A stretch of DNA of 64,000 nucleotides from assembly GCF_037042905.1 (NCBI RefSeq), contig NC_087252.1, forward strand, positions 8,372,001-8,436,000. The letters run 5' to 3'. The translations under genes were made by a program, and so were the position numbers. The notes under the pieces are model-generated. The model did not search any database and was not told where the DNA came from. It saw nothing but the letters and a program-made list of their open reading frames with translations. The DNA is from Lytechinus pictus (taxonomy: Eukaryota). Positions 60,825 through 64,000 of this stretch are shown in pieces; the stretch's first letter is position 1; each line of letters starts with the position of its first letter.

Positions 60825-63800
60825 GAATGGGAACCTTCAACTGCAGGGGGCACAATTCAACATTGCTTTCATATCACGTCTTTTAGAAGAATTGGATATC
60901 CTATTAATTCAAGAACACTGGCTTTATCATTGGGACCTTAATGAGCTTACTATTATCAATGATAACTTCCAAGTCTTTAGTATATCACAGCAAAATAACT
61001 CATCATTACCACTACCAAGAAGGAGAGCAAAGGGAGGAGTAGCTACATTCATCAGAACATCAAGCTCTTGGAAAGCAACAAAGATAGAATCTCAATCGCA
61101 AAGATTAGTCATTCAATAAGCCTTCAAACTCGCATTTAATTATCTGCAATGGATACTTTCCGTGTGATGTTGATGCAAATAGTATTTCTGAGTATCATCA
61201 TATGCTCTCTACCATATCCCACATCGAAACAACCCATAAAGAGGCCCCGATTATACTTGGTGGAGATCTGAATGCTGATCTGACAAATGCATCGTGTAAG
61301 AAACCTACAAAGCGTATTCTAAAGGAATTTCTAATTAGTGAGAACATGATTAACTTATCATCTCTCCAAAATAACAATGAGCTATACACCTTCCAATCAG
61401 ATGATGGTTTACGACAATCATACATTGATGACTTCATAATTCCTGCAAAACTCGAAAACTGCTTATCTGACCTTCGTATTCAGCATGATGACCCTCTAAA
61501 CACCTCTGACCACACACCGGTTAAAGTGACATTTTCACTACCACTTTTAGCCAATTATCAAGTAAATCATGATATACCTGATCGCAAAGCTGAAGGATCT
61601 GGAAAGTCTATACTTCGTCCTAAGATATCTTGGCATCAGTGCAGTGCTGACCAGCTGCACCTTCTCTATACTCTTCCTATGGAACAAATATCAAAGAACC
61701 TTTTCTATAATCTTCCTGCAATGTGTTTGGATCCGACTCAAATCGACTTACTGCTTGATCAACTTAGCGAAGAAATGTTGAAGGTATCACTAGCTCTACC
61801 ACACTCAAAGGGCCGTCAGAAAAGAAAAAAGGAAAGGGAAAAGAGAGTGGACTAAAAAGGTAGAGGCATGTTATAAACAATCTCAATATTATTGGCGTCT
61901 CTGGAGGGCCAGCGGAAAACCAAAAGGCAAGGACCCTCTCTGGATCAAGCATGTATATACAAAACGTCTATTTAGAAGTAGCATCAGGCAAGCACGCAGG
62001 ATGTATCACAATAACCTCCTTTCAGAAATTGAGGATGCTAAAGGTAGCAATGATAAACTCTTCTATAGGCTTGTCAAAAGCACTAAAGGATCTCGATCCA
62101 CTGATACACTGTCCTATAGGGGTACAACGTATGAAGGAGAGGCAGTTTTAGATGGCTTCAACTCACATTTCTCAGATCTTGCTAAACCGGATTATATGAG
62201 TGCCTCTTCTCTGCCTGAAATGGATGAATCTATTCCCACTCGCCCGTTCCAGGACAATTTGAATCAACCACTTCAACCCTCGACTTAAAAAGATCTAGAT
62301 GAAGTTATTAACTCTCTCAAGAAACAAAAAGCTGCAGGACCTGATAATATATATCCTGAGCATCTTATATATCTTGGCCCAATAGCTCGGAAATTACTTC
62401 TCGCCCTCTTCAATCGATGTATATCCCTAAAGTATATTCCTGAATCTTTGAAGTCCGGCCTTATAGTCCCAGTTCACAAAGGAAAGGGAAAAGATGTAAA
62501 AGATCCTTCTAACTACCGAGGCATAACAGTTTCTTCAACAATTGGTAAAGTTTTGGAAATGCTCATCAAAACTCAACTTCAAATTCCACTCGCAATAAAT
62601 GATGTCCTAGACCAGTTACAATTTGGATTCCAGAAAGGCAAATCTTGCCTCCTTACTGCATCTTCACTGGAATTAATAGTCCAACTGAACTCTGCCAAGA
62701 AATGTACAACATATCTTGCTCTTCTCGACGCACAGAAAGCATTTGACATCGTTTGGCATAAAGGCCTATTTTCTAAGCTTCGAAACCTAGGCCTCCATGA
62801 ATCCCTGTTATCTACACTGGAAGAGTTCTACAACGGAAGTACCAGTAGAGTCATGTGGGAAGGAAAAGTCAGCTCTCCTTTTCAAATCCTTCAAGGTGTA
62901 AAACAGGGAAGTGTGCTCTCTCCCACCTTATATAACGTTTTCATCGATGGCCTGATCAAATCACTAAGAAACGCTTGTCTTGGATGCTCTATTAATGGTT
63001 GCTACATGGGAGTGATAGTACTAGCAGATGACGTTGCTCTAATCAGTACATGCCCCCGAGAACTCCAATCAATGCTGGACCTCACCTTCTCTTATTCCCG
63101 TGCTTGGAGATATAAAATTAATCCACAAAAAAGTGCCGTAGTAGTAATAAACAAAAAAGCATCAACCAGTGTAAGTTCGGTCGAGTGGAAAATGGGAGGA
63201 ATGACGATCAAGGAAAGCAGAGAGCACCCACACCTTGGCATAGTAAAAAGCAATTGTAATATTGATCATACCAATAACATCATTTCAAAGGGATATAACA
63301 CCTTCTTCTCTCTCACTGGAACCAAGCAAGGAACTCTACGCCTGCTACCACCAATATGTACTCATCTTTGGAAAATGTTCTGCATTCCAAGAATGCTATA
63401 TGGGATTCAGATTATTCAACTTACCAACTACATGCTGTCCCGTCTAAACAAGGCTCAAACATTTCTTTTCAAAAGAGTGCTTGGTTTGCCAAGGAGTGCG
63501 GCGGACGAAATTGTTTATTTATTGCTCGATATCCTCCCAATGGATAAGCAAATTGACTATGAAATTCTTCTCTTACTTGGGCAATATGCAAGCCTTTCAG
63601 ACGAGCGCACCGATAGAAGAATCCTGTTGAATGGTATAGCATACAATACACCTTTGGTAAGCTGGATAAAAATCCTCAATAGTTATGAGCTTCCAAGTCT
63701 CACTAACATCCTTAGAGACCGCATTCCATATAAAGTATGGAAGAAGCTAGCACTGGGAAAAAATTATAAACAACACTATGCTGCCCTTGAAATTGCAATT

Positions 63801-64000
63801 GCTAAAAAATCTTCTCTAAGTCTATGGTCGGGCATGACCCAACGTGATAAAAATAATTATTAACCAAAGCAAGTCTCCAGCCCTCTTCTGATGGAAGCTA
63901 TGTCCATCAGAGCTCAATTATCCTGCAGTACATACCCAACGAATAGAAGGTTATTCTCTCTGAATCAAAGTACCACAAAGTCCTGCAAGTTCTGCCACTC
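60820..64000 (+). pseudogene. LINE ORF2 endonuclease/reverse transcriptase (disrupted; longest open piece 62448-63863)
   Basis: APE and RT motifs spread over ORFs 60892, 61202, 62001 and 62448. Confidence 0.92.

Larger units (their letters stand above)
57500..64000 (+). mobile_element. Near full-length two-ORF LINE (RTEX-like, tentative): ~1-kb 5' UTR, PHD-finger ORF1, APE+RT ORF2; runs off the window end
   Basis: ORF1 pieces 58550-60824. ORF2 from ~60820: MGTFNCRG, IQEHWL, GGDLNA, SYIDD, TSDH, KAAGPD, NYRGITVSS, LDAQKAFDIVWH, QGSVLSP, LADDVAL, HLGI. Several stops and frameshifts. Confidence 0.92.

Overview
AT-rich eukaryotic genomic DNA made almost entirely of transposable elements and their remnants. 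The repeat repertoire suggests a marine invertebrate, most likely a sea urchin; this is an inference, not a database result. No intact cellular gene, rRNA, tRNA gene or CRISPR array is supported; there is one candidate host exon (~43695-43851, minus strand). Retroelements: a Penelope-like element with an inverted pseudo-LTR, 13-bp TSD and hammerhead ribozyme motifs; L2/CR1, Tx1/L1, Vingi-like and RTEX-like LINE copies; a Gypsy integrase relic; two SINEs. DNA-transposon derivatives: many MITEs with readable TIRs and TSDs, two Helentron-like elements, and a 4.5-kb foldback element. A ~2.2-kb local duplication lets empty and filled insertion sites be compared directly. The most interesting observations are (1) a 182-bp SINE-like insert whose head matches the 7SL RNA Alu domain, joined to a tRNA-type B box, a shared SINE core and a stem-loop/(CA)n tail; (2) an L2 ORF2 leader with a 2A-like NPGP motif followed in frame by a close match to the 4E-BP eIF4E-binding motif; (3) the TGT..ACA foldback family, both copies of which lie at G/C-run MITE ends; (4) an intact minimal hammerhead in a solo Penelope-type repeat; (5) a LINE ORF1 with two PHD fingers. 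All superfamily and clade names come from pattern recognition, not searches.
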